A stretch of DNA of 64,000 bases from Antedon mediterranea. Its lineage: Eukaryota > Animalia > Echinodermata. Below are positions 24,301 to 42,300 of this stretch, piece by piece (the first letter of the stretch is position 1; each line of letters opens with the position of its first letter). The notes under the pieces are model-generated. The model was not told where the DNA came from and ran no database searches. It saw nothing but the letters and a program-made list of their open reading frames with translations. The position numbers were made by a program, and so were the translations under genes. The DNA is taken from contig NC_092680.1 of assembly GCF_964355755.1 (NCBI RefSeq), positions 8,618,001-8,682,000 on the forward strand, in the 5' to 3' direction.

Positions 24301-27300
24301 TGGAAGATTCTTAATATCTTGTATTGAATAACTGGGATTTCTATTATATACAGTATAAAATAATGTAACTTTACCCATAGCAACATGATCTGAGGTCAAG
24401 CCTGGAGTGGTTGCAGCTATGTTCTTCAGTGTATCTGGATTGTTTAGAATGGTGTAAACCTGCGAAATATAAAAGTAACCATTGCATTAAATGTTGATAA
24501 TTTCAAGGGAGAAGAAATATGACATGGTGATCTAAAAAATAAGAAATGATTGTGGTGCAGTTTTTCGCTGTAAAGAAAAATACTGTGTAAGTAATATATG
24601 ATCAACAGAAATACATAGTAATAACATATGGAATAATAATATAAATGTTACATGGACAGAAAGACTATCATTTCAACCCTGTTGTCCCAATATAGGGTGT
24701 TTGTTTACAACAATTATTTTATGGCTCAGATCATGTGACTCATAGGTGGCTAAGAAATGTACAAAAACCTATTTGCACTAGTAGCTAGTGTTACACGAAA
24801 GCTCTGCAATTTTTTTCTGGTTATTTTACTTTTTCTTTCTAATTTAGCTTTTTGCTTATTTTATTTGTATGTCCATCGAGATCCAGCCACTGATAACCCA
24901 CAGCATTTTCAATTTTTTCAGTAATGTGCCTTTTGATTTATAAATATGCACAACCTAGTTTTTAATTTTGTTGATGGTACTATTTATATTTTCACATATT
25001 CACGCTATATTTTATCTACATACACACTTGTTATATAAAGATTTTTTTCCTATTTTTTAGCGTGAGCATGACACATATATCACATGATCTGAGCCTGGGA
25101 TTAGATAAAGATATCTTACTGCATGACGATGTACAGGATTGATGAGGGCTGCATGTAGTGCTGTTAAAAGCTGATTAATGGCTTTATCATCAAATGGCTC
25201 TGTGAAAACAAAAATATCAATTATAAATGCCTTGCAGTATGTATAGTTGATTGATTCTATTCAACCACATCCCAGAGTAATGATATCCTGAATTGTAGTA
25301 ATATTTTTTTTAGTTAGTTGTTGTTCTTTAAAGATGTATTGTCCCTTTGACTAATTCCAAAAAATAAAAATATTTTTTAAAAATGGGTTATTTTGAAGTA
25401 TCATAATAGTTATTAACTTTCACCAAAAATTAGTTGAAAAAAAAAATCATTTAACTGAAATACAGATGTTTTTTCAGACGAATTGTAATCAAATTAATTT
25501 ACCTCTTAATTACGTAAACTTGTTTTTGGCTCGAATTTTCGACTTAAAGTGAATAACTTTAATATAACTTTGATATAGCCAAATGATATGGACTATAAAT
25601 TTAGAATATTTTGACCTTCATTTTTTGTGTTTCAATAAGTATACCTGGTTTAATTTCTTGCTCTGGCTCTCTCTTAGAGACTGCATGTAAAGTAACTCCA
25701 GGCTTCATTCCATATGATTCTAGACTCTTGCCATCTTGTAACACTTGTCCAGCATATATAATATCTAATAAAAAAAATGATTCTAAAAACAGAATTTGAA
25801 GATGACATGTTTATGGTTTATGGTGTACAGTATATTACTTATTATCATTGGCTGATGGATTTGGATTGGATGTACAACTATCTCATTAGTTTCCCTGGTG
25901 ATATTTAAAGCCTAAGGCTAGATGGCAGAATGCATGGTAGTGTATACTGTATATATATTTTTCAAGAATGACAATAGAAACTTTATAGAAACAAATTCTT
26001 ACAATTTGTATAGTATCGTTTTAGAATACATGCAAGATGATTGCGCACTCTCGGCTCTTAGCTCCCCGGCCTCCCAAAGAATTAATGGCATGTCTGATTG
26101 TTGATTTGCCAGCAGCCATATTGGAGAGAAACTCTCCCCAGATGGTTGTGTTTTGCGATTTGAATGCATTGGAGTGGATGATCTAGTCTTCGGCTTTAAT
26201 ATATTTGGTTTCCCTACATTACTATTGATGATGGGTATGGTGGCCATACTAATCTTCTCCTGGTATTGCCTGACAGCATTTTATGATAAAAAATGTTATT
26301 GAAGTAATGTCCTTTTGACTAATTCCAAAAAATTTTTAAAAAAAGATTTCGAAAAAAGTGGGTCATTTTGAAGTATCATAATAGTTATTAACTTTCACCA
26401 AAAATTAGTCGAAAAAAATATCATTTAACTGAAATACAGTCATTTTTTTGTTCAAAAAATATCTCATAATGCAATGCGCCTGTTTGGCTACTCTGTATGC
26501 ATAATCATAAAACTTCCTCGCGATCTGTGTGAAAACACCTTCTCAACCGTGAAAAGTTGTAAACATTCCTAATTAGCATCATGCATAATGTGTACTCAGG
26601 GTTTGAAATCTTTGTTTACTTTCGCTCGCGACGATTTTCCAGAGGAAATGTAATTAAACTAATTTACCTGTTATTTACATAAACTTGTTGTTTTTGGCTC
26701 AAATTTTTGACTTGAAGTGAATAACTTTAATATTACTTTGCTATAACCAATTAAAATTTAGAATATTTTGACCTTAATTTTTTTGTGTTTTAAGGGACAA
26801 TACATCTTTAATGTTATTGTGAAATTTGATTGTGTGTTTTATACGTTGTTCAAAATATACTGATTAGGTTTATTCTAAACTTTGGTAAGCGATGTTTTGC
26901 GGTGAAGAAGCTGACTATCTACTACTACTTTTAGAATGAAAAGTTTCACAATATTTTAACTTGTTTCTGGAATTTGAAAAAATACATAAAAAATAAGTTT
27001 ACTACTACTACTAGACTACTACCTAGCTAGGCCTAAAGGCTAGGTAGAGAGCATTGTTTGCTAGTAAACATGTACTTGATATTATTTTGTATCATAAACC
27101 CTACACATGGGCGATACCAAAGCCTACCGGACGTAAATTAGTATGACCGTGTACGATGGGCAATTACTACTAGGCCTATATAGAAAATGTTGATGCAGGC
27201 CTAGGCCTAGTCGGCACTTCCTGTTGCGTACACAGGGTCGGCAGCAAATGCAGGTTTGCCGGCGACGTGTTAATAAGGCTCAGAAATTCGGCCTTTAAAT

Positions 27301-27453
27301 AAATGTGAAACAGACGTTACCAAAAGCTGTAGAAGGTAATTTTAGTAATTTGACTACATCTTCCCGTACTACTCTTACATCTCCTAAAATATCTACACCA
27401 TTTAACCTTTCTCTAAACCGCTTTTCAATGAATTTTAGATTCAACGTCGACAT
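18349..27453 (-). CDS. UBL7: Ubiquitin-like protein 7 (UBL + UBA); exons approx. 27453-27321, 25764-25645, 25199-25120, ~24459-24375, ~24238-24180, ~23905-23797, ~23067-23031, ~21684-21577, ~19581-19384, 18474-18349
   Basis: Ubiquitin-like DIIYAGQVLQDGKSLESYGMKPGVTLH; UBL7-like motifs NIAATTPGLTSD, KHPAI, RPINASQLAAAL, PITVDMFTQAMAHALQAS; terminal UBA QMQTLRDMGF...NLRALQASNGIVQGALDLI; GT-AG junctions in phase. Confidence 0.9.
18641..18970. repeat. Near-perfect tandem duplication, period 163 bp
   Basis: aatttaaaatgcattctgaaagtgagg...cttataatatacc repeated head-to-tail, starting at 18641 and 18804. Confidence 0.9.
19182..19204. repeat. (GT)n microsatellite
   Basis: About 11 GT units. Confidence 0.9.
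19877..21471. mobile_element. Non-autonomous hAT element (~1.6 kb) in a UBL7 intron, with an internal ~325-bp tandem duplication
   Basis: TIR cagtggtggcgccag / ctggcgccacccctg; exact 8-bp TSD ggcctaaa (19869-19876, 21472-21479); subterminal tagcccc..cgtcgggg motifs; internal duplication ~19947-20270 / ~20274-20600. Confidence 0.9.
21819..22104 (-). mobile_element. Second copy of the CAGGGG-ended MITE family
   Basis: Reverse complement begins caggggcggtcgcaggactattttaaggggttgcccaagagtccag, matching 13656; flanks ggtag / ggttg. Confidence 0.7.
22460..22850. mobile_element. MITE (tagggagcttt...aaagctcccta) containing a tRNA-derived insert at ~22565-22760
   Basis: Terminal inverted repeats; the insert carries minus-strand A box (tggcttggtgg) and B box (ggttcaagtcc); a partial second copy of the insert lies at ~49420-49535. 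Confidence 0.6.
23361..23722. mobile_element. PIF/Harbinger-type MITE
   Basis: ~37-bp TIR agctggtttccactaggcaaatttgttcgcgcgaatc / gattcgcgcgaacaaattcgcctagtggaaaatcggct; TAA/TTA flanks. Confidence 0.8.
24723..25096. mobile_element. Putative MITE
   Basis: 16-bp inverted termini ggctcagatcatgtga / tcacatgatctgagcc; no clear TSD. Confidence 0.5.
25332..26807. mobile_element. Two direct copies (~25332-25632 and ~26300-26807) of a TTAA-type (Kolobok-like) MITE flanking UBL7 exon 2
   Basis: Shared gactaattccaaaaa...gaagtatcataatagttattaactttcaccaaaaattag...gaatattttgacctt; outer ends ttaa|agatgtattgtccct and agggacaatacatct|ttaa are perfect inverted repeats. Confidence 0.8.
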
Positions 27454-27733
27454 TATTATTGTTATCGTGTCTGTTGTTCCCTTTAAATCGAACGCCCTCT
27501 ATAGCACACGTGAATATAGAGAGTGGTAGGTTCGAGGGAAAAACACAATCAGAAAAGAAAAACAATAATTTGTGTTGCAAATGCAAATGATAATTTTCAA
27601 CAAATTAAATTACTCGCATCCCATTACTCCCATCATAATTTAGAAAAATCAGTAATGAATCACTGCATGTCCGAATAATAGGCTATGGATATGATTTTGT
27701 AACGCTGAATGGGCCGGGGGATTTTTTTTTTAA

Positions 27734-30216
27734 AGGGGGATTCTGGGTTTAAAATTGCTTTTAAATATCGTTTATTTATTAAATAAAAAAAAAATATAAC
27801 AATATAGATATGTCAGAATGAAGAAGTAATAACGAGAAATTTAAAAAATTAAATTTCATATACATTTTAGGGTAAATTCATGGAAAGTCTGTTTTTCAGC
27901 AGCTTAGGGAAGCTCATTAATATTCATGAGATATTCACAAAATCACGTCACCAGTGGATTCCAAACTCGCGACGTCATGTACGTTGTGTTTGTCAACTAG
28001 GCCTAATTTACATCTCTCTTCCCTGTCAAACGACGACCACCCGATCATTGTGAAATACATTTTTTGTAGATTTTCTAAGCTAGGCCTAAAGTGTAATAAT
28101 AACAGTAGTAGCATATATTTATTTGACATTTAATGAAATACAAAATTTAGTACAGATTACGGAGTCATAAAGTATACTATTTTTATACCTCTATAGTACA
28201 GATCGTATTATCGGCTTCACGTACAATACTACTCTAGGCCTAGCCTAATGGGCGAGAGCCATTCTGACTATAGGGATTCCATGCCACGATGGCTACGTTA
28301 AAACAATCATTTCATTTAGGTATATTTATTCATAAAAAGACATCAAAATACAACGGCAGCCAAAAGGCTGAAAAGTAGTATTTTACAAAATTTGATAAAA
28401 ATATATAAATACATTATGTATAAAAGGTAAAACTAGTTTAAAAAAAAAAAACAAAAAACAAAAAAAAACAAAAAAAACAAAAAACAAAAAAAAAAAAAAT
28501 AATAATAATAATTTACCACATTAAAATTGGTCCACCTGTAAGTTAAAATAGTGCCAGCCTATTCAATATTCATCATTAATGAGTCGGACTAAAAAAGGGA
28601 CTGGTGAAGATCTAAATCTTTCTGTACGACCAAACGGGATTTTGAGTAGAGGCTTACTCGCAGACCTCAGGGTTCTGCTAATGTCACGAACAGGTGGAAG
28701 AATGCTTCTAAATGTATCGGACTTTATTATTCCTTTACCAAATTTCAGTAAGAGTTGGACTCTTCTGTTAACTAGCGATGGAAGGTCTGACAATTTAAGA
28801 GCAGACTCGTAGGATACATAGTTCATGCCATAAATGATTCGTAGAGCTCTTTTTTGAACTCTTTCTATTGACTTAGTTTGGTCTTTCGTAATTGAACTGT
28901 GCCACACAGGGCATGCATATTCAACTAAAGGACGTATATAGCAAGTATATACTTGTAGTAAATCTTTACAAGGCGCCTTGGCTTTCTTAAGTATAATCAA
29001 AGTGTACAAACGTCGACATGCTTTAGCAACGATATCATGAATATGCATCTCCCATTTAAGGTTATCCTGCAAGGTGACACCAAGCAGTTTAATGTGATTT
29101 ACACATTTAAGATCATGGCCATTTAGATTGAAACTGGGAGGAGGACAGTCGGACTTTAGGAAGGAAATACGCATCACATTGCACTTGGATGGCTTGGGGC
29201 CCATGGGCCTAGCTAGCCTACTACTACTAGACGATTGGCCCATAAATAACAAAACCCATCCTATCAACCAAAACTCCTAAACAATCTAAACCTAAAACGT
29301 TCTACAAAATCGGCTGTAAATATTGAAGCAAAACAAGGTCCGATCGCCGTCCACATGTATGGTGTCCCGATCGTCAAGTAGGCCTAAAATAGGCTTAGTT
29401 TACTCTCCAAAAAAGCGGATACTCATGCATCAAGCAAGTAGACCAGGTAATAGGAAGGAGATCTAGCTGATCCGGCCCACTTAAAAATTGAGCTAGCTAT
29501 AGTGTAGTAGACCCTATGCGAATTGATACTACCAGGCCTTTTACTATAGGCTGCACTACAAAAATATTCCAACTCTCTCATTCGAGCTATATTATCTATA
29601 CCATTCCGGTAGGTCGAGTCGACCTTCAATCAAATACTGACGTACATCGTTCATGTTGTGATTATAGACGGGGTATACTCGACCCGACCAGTTTGGTATT
29701 GTATATTGTATCTGCTTATCACGTGATGATGCCAGGCATGGTGGGCAGCAGAGAGAGCACGTGTGTATCGTCGTCTCGCTCGATCGATCCTCAGCAGGAG
29801 GAATGTACAGTATACGTTACGCTTCATTGATTTTGATTTTTCCCTAAGTCGGTGCGAAAATCGGCAAACGTAAAGTGCAAACATATCTAATTTTTCACTG
29901 TTTTGATGAATTTTCATAAAAAAATTGACTTTATAAATGGGAAGACCGACTAATATTACATCAAATGAGTATAATTTTACAAAAGTAATTGATATGGTTA
30001 ATGATAACGAGTCGTCGGAAGATGGACCATTTCACGAATTTCCTATTTTGTAACCACAGTGTGATTTTGCCGTAGCTGCACTTGTAATCTGGCCTGATTT
30101 CACAGCCTTCGTTCTGCTTCACTGGGCGCTTATATAAATTGAAACTTTTACCGTTCAAGAGACAAACAAATATATTTTACATTTTTTACTATTCATTTTA
30201 AACCTGGAACCCCCCT
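27734..30216. mobile_element. ~2.5-kb TTAA-type (Kolobok-like) non-autonomous element containing a nested LINE
   Basis: ttaa|agggggattctgggtttaaaat ... attttaaacctggaacccccct|ttaa inverted termini. Confidence 0.7.
28305..29200 (-). mobile_element. 5'-truncated L2/CR1-group LINE (RT C-terminus and 3' UTR)
   Basis: ORF 28563-29267: KCNVMRIS...KLLGVTLQDNLKWEMHI...YIRPLVEYACPVWHS...IERVQKRALRII...LPSLVNRR; T-rich 3' UTR with stem-loop cagcc-tttt-ggctg, aataaa and a short aatga tail. Confidence 0.9.
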
Positions 30217-30659
30217 TTAAGAATGAAAAATATATACTGTATGACAAACTCAGTAGGTCCTATCTCTTTTATTTATATTTTAATTAGGGGCCTATTATAA
30301 TACATTTTCAAAATAAAAATAGCATAAGTTGTCATAATGTTGTTCCTTTTTTCACCTGCGGCGCGTCTCCTTGATCATGTATTTTGTTTAATATTAATAT
30401 TCTTTTTTTTGTTTGGCCTTTCATTATAAGAAGAATATACATAATGTAATTTGATCATGCTTGTTCCAAATGTTTTCATTTACAGTCAGGGGGAAAATGG
30501 CAAAAGATTTCCTACTTTCTAGGATTTTTATTAGATAATCTATATTGTTTTGACAACTCTTGACCACAGTGCTGATTTTTCCATTTTTCCTCTAATTTAG
30601 TGTGACGTGGAGATGAATCTTAGTCGTATTCGTTAAGTAACGTCACCATTAAACAACAT

Positions 30660-32999
30660 TTAAACTTTGGCGCTTTCTATATCCTTAATCAGGTCTTTGA
30701 ACACGCCGATTATATGAGAGCCCGTAGCAGCCTCCGTCAAATATCGCGGGATTCGTCCATTCGCCTCAGCTTGAGCTATGTACGTCAAATTTGTTTTACA
30801 TCGATCTCTATGAATAAAAATATATTATATAGTAAATAATACTCAAATCAAAGAATGTTCTATTTTTTTTAATCATATATGAGGTTTTAACGTGTGAGAT
30901 AGTTAAGTTTAGTGGCTTGCTATAAACCCATCTTACTTGTGTTTTTTTAGGAAGAATCCTGATGGATGAGTCGTTCCTCTTACGTAATCGTCTACAGGAG
31001 GGTAGTCCTTGTGATCAATACTGCAAGAGTTGACGCAAGTAAGGTTCAGTTCTGAAAACGTCTTAACTACGTCAAGATGAACGAAGTCTCGGTCAGAGAT
31101 CAGTCCCTGGAGAAGTTTTGTCGCAGAAACTTTCGATACTGTTATGTTCTTGAATACAACAATGACAACATTCGGTAGGTATTACAAATAAAATATATAG
31201 ACCGTTATTGTAATAGTAAATAAAGATTATTATATTTACACTTTAAGAAAGTGAAACTGATAGTTGGCGAAACGTCAGGTAAATAAAATAATCGTTATTT
31301 ACTATTACAATTACGGTCGAGATATAATTAACTATTATATTTTAACATTATTTTCCTATTTGACATTTAAAACTGCTTCAACGTACGCCTATTGCTAAAG
31401 CTTGGTTCCTACCGGACGCAACTCAAGTTTAGGCCTATAGATAGTTAACGCACGAGATTCGACATCCACACGACGCTGCGATATGAATGATGATCCACGT
31501 GCATGTGAAAATAAGCAAGCGTTATCACTTGGAACGCAACGCAACTAAGCGCATCAGAAGTTTACAAGCGACAGCCGGGTAATTGGCCAATTAACGGTGC
31601 GCTTTCGTCCTTCCTTGCGTTGTGTCCTTGTGGCAACCAAGCTAACTTTAACACATCCATAATTAATATGTGTTTGTGTATGGTCCCGTCATGAATTTAA
31701 CCATAAAATACTTTTATTTCCAACAGCAGATGTCTTTTTTTCTCTACACACATCCGTATTTAAAATGTTTTTATGACAAAAAAAAACAAGATACAATTAT
31801 TTTTACCTTAGTTACATCAATAAGAACAATACATTCAGAGACACTGGAATCCCACTTCTGTCGACGTCCATGTGGCGAAGGTAACAAATAAGACAATGCC
31901 TTTTCAGGTTCTAACTCCAGTACACAGTCACCACGATACCTAAAAAAGTTTAACGAGGTATTAGGCAATTAAAAATCATTTTGTTTAATTTATAATTGAG
32001 TAATTATAGTTTTGAAGACCCATAATTGAAATATATAATTCGGCAGAGAAATTGGCAGGAAACGAAATAATATATAATAATAATAATATAACTGTATTGC
32101 TCAATTTGTTCGCAATTTAGTTTTTAAAATAAATGTATAAACTGTTTTTAAGTTTATTTGTCGACCGACCAATTATTCGTTTTTCCTGATTACCGTCTAG
32201 GCCTACTTGGTGTTAATATTGTGGTTGGTAACTTACACATTTCCAGCAAAATCTCTGGATTTCTTGCATGAAACAGTCACATCGTCCTGAGATAAGATAA
32301 GATTTTATTTGTCCAAAATTAATTGTATTACTTTCTTTAGGACTACTGCAGTATTGTCACGTGATTAGTCGAGTAAAATCAAATATATGATTTTCAAATA
32401 CAGTTATGTTTTATATGACATATTGATCTCTGTTCTTCGGAATCAATAGTACAAACAGTCAATCTGGTCCTATACGCATAATAACAAAGGATAATCCCTG
32501 ATTCAATAATAAAATCAATATGGATGTTTAATCTTTCAATTATTCTGAAACCATAAAATGAACAAAAATGTTATGATTTGAAATGTATAACAGAATAAGA
32601 ATCAAAGTATATTAAAACAGCAAGATTAAGTGAATTCCTAAAATTTAACGATTCATAAATATGCAGGTTACCTTACTACTACATGACAAGTTAAGCTTTA
32701 TTCCTATTCCTGTCAAAATTTAGGTTGTGTGGCATTTAACATATCTAGGAACTATTAGGAATTGTATTGGCTCAACTTTTGACCCTCTCTTAGAAATTCT
32801 TAAACAACCGCCAGACGACGTGTATGGAAGTAGGTCTAATAGTCTCTTGTTTCTATGTGAAAAAATGAGAAAACAAGAATAGATGATTACAATGACAAAC
32901 CTCTACTTTAAGGAGTTTCCATTCTTCTTCGTGGTAATATTCCAAAACACGGTCAGTTAAAACATCTGCAAGTTCGGGAAAATTAAGTGCACTGTCCAT
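30660..32999 (-). CDS. START-domain lipid/sterol transfer protein, STARD4/5/6 subfamily (STARD5-like), ~213 aa; exons 32999-32901, 32286-32237, 31939-31807, 31148-30937, 30807-30660
   Basis: Spliced protein MDSALNFPELADVLTDRVLEYYHEEEWKLLKVEDDVTVSCKKSRDFAGNVYRGDCVLE...RRQKWDSSV...GLISDRDFVHL...IDHKDYPPVDDYVRGTTHPSG...TNLTYIAQAEANGRIP aligns by eye with STARD5 motifs (W-K, F.GN.YRG, KWD, IS.RDFV, VRG); all junctions GT-AG and in phase. Confidence 0.88.
31198..31320. repeat. Inverted repeat enclosing a decayed hammerhead-like core (Penelope-like remnant)
   Basis: gaccgttattgtaatagtaaataa / ttatttactattacaattacggtc arms around tttacact..aaga..aactgatagttggcgaaacgtcaggtaaa. Confidence 0.45.
31399..31644. 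mobile_element. Decayed Harbinger-type MITE
   Basis: agcttggttcc...ggacgcaac / gttgtgtcc...gcaaccaagct inverted ends with TAA flanks. Confidence 0.55.
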
Positions 33000-33735
33000 T
33001 TCAATCCTCTTTTTGGATATCTGTGGAATTAATGGTTCAGCTAGATTAAATAATTGCCAACCCAACAAGAATGCGAAATAAGTGTATAAGATCCAGTATA
33101 TATGATAAATAGTAAATTAATATATTGTCAGTGTACAGTACCTTGGGATATATCAATTTTATCATCCACAATTGTGAACAAAAATGATGCACAGCTGAGT
33201 GGCACAGATTGTGTGTTCAAAATATGACGTCATAAACACCATATCAAAGCTCTTGTTTTGTGACCGCATCACAAATCGCATAAAAACCATTGATCCGTAC
33301 ATAGGAGCAAATTCCACTGAAGTCGGAATCTTTTAAAAAAGCATCGTTATTCCTAATCAATTTTTAATGGAAAATCGTGGAACTTTTAGAAATGCCTTGT
33401 AAGTTGAAGAAAATGTTGGTATGCCTAAAAGATAGTTTTTTTCAGATTAGCTTCTGGTTTATATTATAAAAAAAATTAAATTAAAATGTTTATATCATGC
33501 CTGTGTCATGTGTACAATCAATAATATTGATTATTAAACGAATATCGAATTCTCAAAAAAAGAATAATTAGTTCCACATTTTAATCATAGCGCCCTCATA
33601 AGTTTATTGACAAATTAGAGTGTTTTTCAGGACACATGGAAAGACTACGCAGTGTCTGTTGTTTTACTACGTGACAACTTTTATCTGCAATATTAAACAT
33701 CTTTTCGACATTTTACTAAGATTCATTTCTAAATT

Positions 33736-38804
<5,069 letters not shown>

Positions 38805-39362
38805 ATATACAAAATGCTGATACTATAAAACCAAGTATGGACTGGTTTTAGATACAATACAATTGTATTACTCATTTTGAGTACAAAAAATTATGCTATA
38901 TAATCAAGGCCTTTAAATAGGTCTTTTACTCGCTTGAATTTGTAAATCATTTTTATCCTAGTATGTATTACATAGAGTAAGAAATTATTGTTGTCATTCC
39001 TACAAAGATCAAATAAAGATTTTTTTTTATGAAATTCTTGTTTTGTATTATTTGTTGTATAATGTGGAATTATTATTCTGAAATAAATCATTATTTGCCC
39101 TTACAATTGTATGTGTTTTTTGCTATTACGGTTTGTTATTGTATTGGAAATAATATTTTATTTTCAACCAGGATACATTTTTGACGCAAAGTGTAGCAGA
39201 GGCGAATCCAGGATATTGAATGAATTTATGTAAATTAATTATGTGCATTCTTTAAATGAGAAAGCGCCCTCTCTATGACAATAGTTTTTGATTTGTTTTT
39301 GGTTCTCTATGAAAAAAAAATAAGGGAATGAAAACTGTTGTTAATTGTTTTTATTTCTAAGT

Positions 39363-42300
39363 ATGGCTTCTTTAATAAGGGTAGGATTTCGAAGATCTTT
39401 GGCCATACGACAACTATCGAGGTATAGTTTGGTATATTTTTGTTGATTATTAATCTTTAATTATTCGGTTATTGCTAGCCACTACACTTTTGCCGGACCC
39501 GGCCTAGCTAGTCTAGGTTAGGCCTAAAAAAGGCCTCCCAGCGCGCAGCCTAGCTGGCTACTGCAGATACTACAAGCCCGGGCTTAGCCTACATATATGC
39601 CCATTCCCTTACGCCATTTAAAATTTATTTATGCATATGTATTATTATATTATTATTAATGCACATTTAAAAATTTGTGCAAGGAAGGTTTTGCTCAAAA
39701 TTCATTATTAGACATTCCATAATAATGATTCATTTTATATATACAGTATTTTTTTTGTTACAATGTTGTACAACTACAATATATAGTTTTCTTTGTTTTC
39801 AGACCAGCCTCCACAACTGTGCAGAACACAGGTCAAGATGAGTCAAGTATTAGTGAAGTTAAAGAACGTGTCGTAAGTAATGTATTGTAGTACTGTATTC
39901 AGATCAGTGTTGTACAGTAGTAACACCCTCCCCTTGTTGTCAACAATTGTTTTTTGTGATAACAAATTCTACTGACTGATTTTCCAGCCGCATATTGCTT
40001 CCGGGACTGTGTGATGTACATACATGTACGTTATTGTGAAAACGAACATGATGAAGTGTATCGATTGAGAACTCTGTAATGACTTTTTTAAAGCATAAAA
40101 CAATGTTTTATTTATTTTTTTTTAAGGAGGCGGCAGCAGCGTCCAAAAAGGAAGCAGGCTGGGGCGCTAAATATTAATATTTTTTATTTTTCCTTACAGT
40201 TCAGTTACTTACACAAATCTTCACTATACTGTATATTGGAAAATAAAGTGTTCTTAAATTGTATTCTATATCCCTCTTGGAATTAAATTGATATTATTAC
40301 ATTTTGTTATAACCTAACCAATTATTTTATAACAATCAACAGACCGACATTCGTGCAGTATCTGGAATTCCTGAAGAGCATATAAAGACAAGAAGAGTGA
40401 GAATATTTGTACCGGCTAAGACAGCTACACAGTCAGGAACGAATGACGTCCATTGTTGGAAACTTGAATTTGAAACCAGGGAACGATGGGAGAATCCTTT
40501 AATGGGCTGGACTTCTACGTAAGTTCCATTTTTTATTCAAAGTTACAACATATACCGTAGGCCTTCACAATCACAACATTGTTATGTTGCCCATGCCAGA
40601 CTACTACTTTTTTCTTAAATTGCATGCATGAGTGAACTAACTTTGCATAGGTGCATTGTGGTACAGTGCATTTTTAGTATGAATTGATTCTGATAAATAT
40701 TGTATCATTTGTTTAACTTTTTTTCATTTCAGTGGTGATCCATTATCTAATGTAGGTCTGTTTTTTGATACTAAAGAACAAGCTGCAAGTTTTGCTGAGA
40801 AAAATGGTAATTACTAATTTTGTACGCATTATATTGTAGACTGTTTACTCACCTGGGAGTATTAGGGACACTAAACACGACGGTTAGAGGAGGACGACAA
40901 ATATTCTGTGTTCGTAAAATCATATACAGTCAACAGTAGCCGTTATTAGTTACGCACACTTGCGCGAAGACAGCAACGACCAACAGTATCTCTCTCCGAT
41001 CCCTGTCTGTCGTGGCGCGGGGTCCTTCTGAATCGCTTGGCTCTGGTGATACAGCATAGGCTTAGCCTTCCTAGCTTGAGGCTAACAACGCTTTTAACAC
41101 AGTCATTTTAACCCAATAAAATGTTATTTCATTAAACAATTAAATTAGAAGTTCAAATATTATTTAGCATTTAAGTGTAATTTGAACTGTATATTTAAGG
41201 TATACATTATTTCTAGTCGTTCTACATAAACAGGAAAATGGCAACTTTATTGTCCTCAAAAAGACGACAGAATTTCACGCTAAGCTCTATGGAACGCCTC
41301 CTCTGCCTTCAGTTCACAATGGTCATGCAGTACACACCAATGGTCATGCAGTACACACCAATGGTCATGCAGTACACACCAATGGTCATGCAGTACACAC
41401 CAATGGTCATGCAGTACACACCAATCGTCGTTCACATTTATCATGCAGTACACACCAATGGTCATGCAGTACACACCAATCGTCATGCAGTACACACCAA
41501 TGGTCATGCAGTACACACCAATCGTCATGCAGTACACACCAAACATCATGCAGTACACACCAATCGTCATGCAGTACACACCAAACATCATGCAGTACAC
41601 ACCAATGGTCATGCAGTACACACCAATTGTCATGCAGTACACACCAATCGTCATGCAGTACACACCAATCGTCATGCAGTGAAATATTGCGTAATTTATA
41701 CCGCCACCTATCGACAAAATCGAATATCACGTGACGTTTATTAGACGGCTGTAAAACTAGGCCATCGACTCTAAGATTTCTTTTATGTTTGACATACTGT
41801 ACTTATTTTAACCGCTACACATCTCTGTGAATGCTCTGTTTTTTATATATACAATAATTTATTATGCGAGACACAGGCGCGGCTAGGAGGCCATTGCAAT
41901 TATTGAATTCCATAAAAGAAGTTTAAATAGTCTTAGTTTTACAGCCGTCTAATAAAACTCACGTGATATTCGATTTTGTCGATAGGTGGCGGTATAAATT
42001 ACGCAATATTTGACTGCATGACGATTGGTGTGTACTGCATGACGATTGGTGTGTACTGCATGACAATTGGTGTGTACTGCATGACAATTGGTGTGTACTG
42101 CATGACGATTGGTGTGTACTGCATGACGATTGGTGTGTACTGCATGACGATTGGTGTGTACTGCATGATAAATGTGAACGACGATTGGTGTGTACTGCAT
42201 GACAATTGGTGTGTACTGCATGACCATTGGTGTGTACTGCATGACGATTGGTGTGTACTGCATGACGATTGGTGTGTACTGCATGATGTTTGGTGTGTAC

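Noticed and set aside
25999-26247. 82-aa ORF in UBL7 intron 1
   Set aside because: No recognisable domain or supporting splice structure
28440-28510. A-rich run as a retro-element poly(A) tail
   Set aside because: The adjacent LINE is on the minus strand, so this is its T-rich 3' UTR rather than a tail
33140-33440. Exon-like stretch with donor upstream of the STARD-like ATG, first read as a pseudogene
   Set aside because: Stops in all minus-strand frames and no recognisable homology; more likely 5' UTR or promoter
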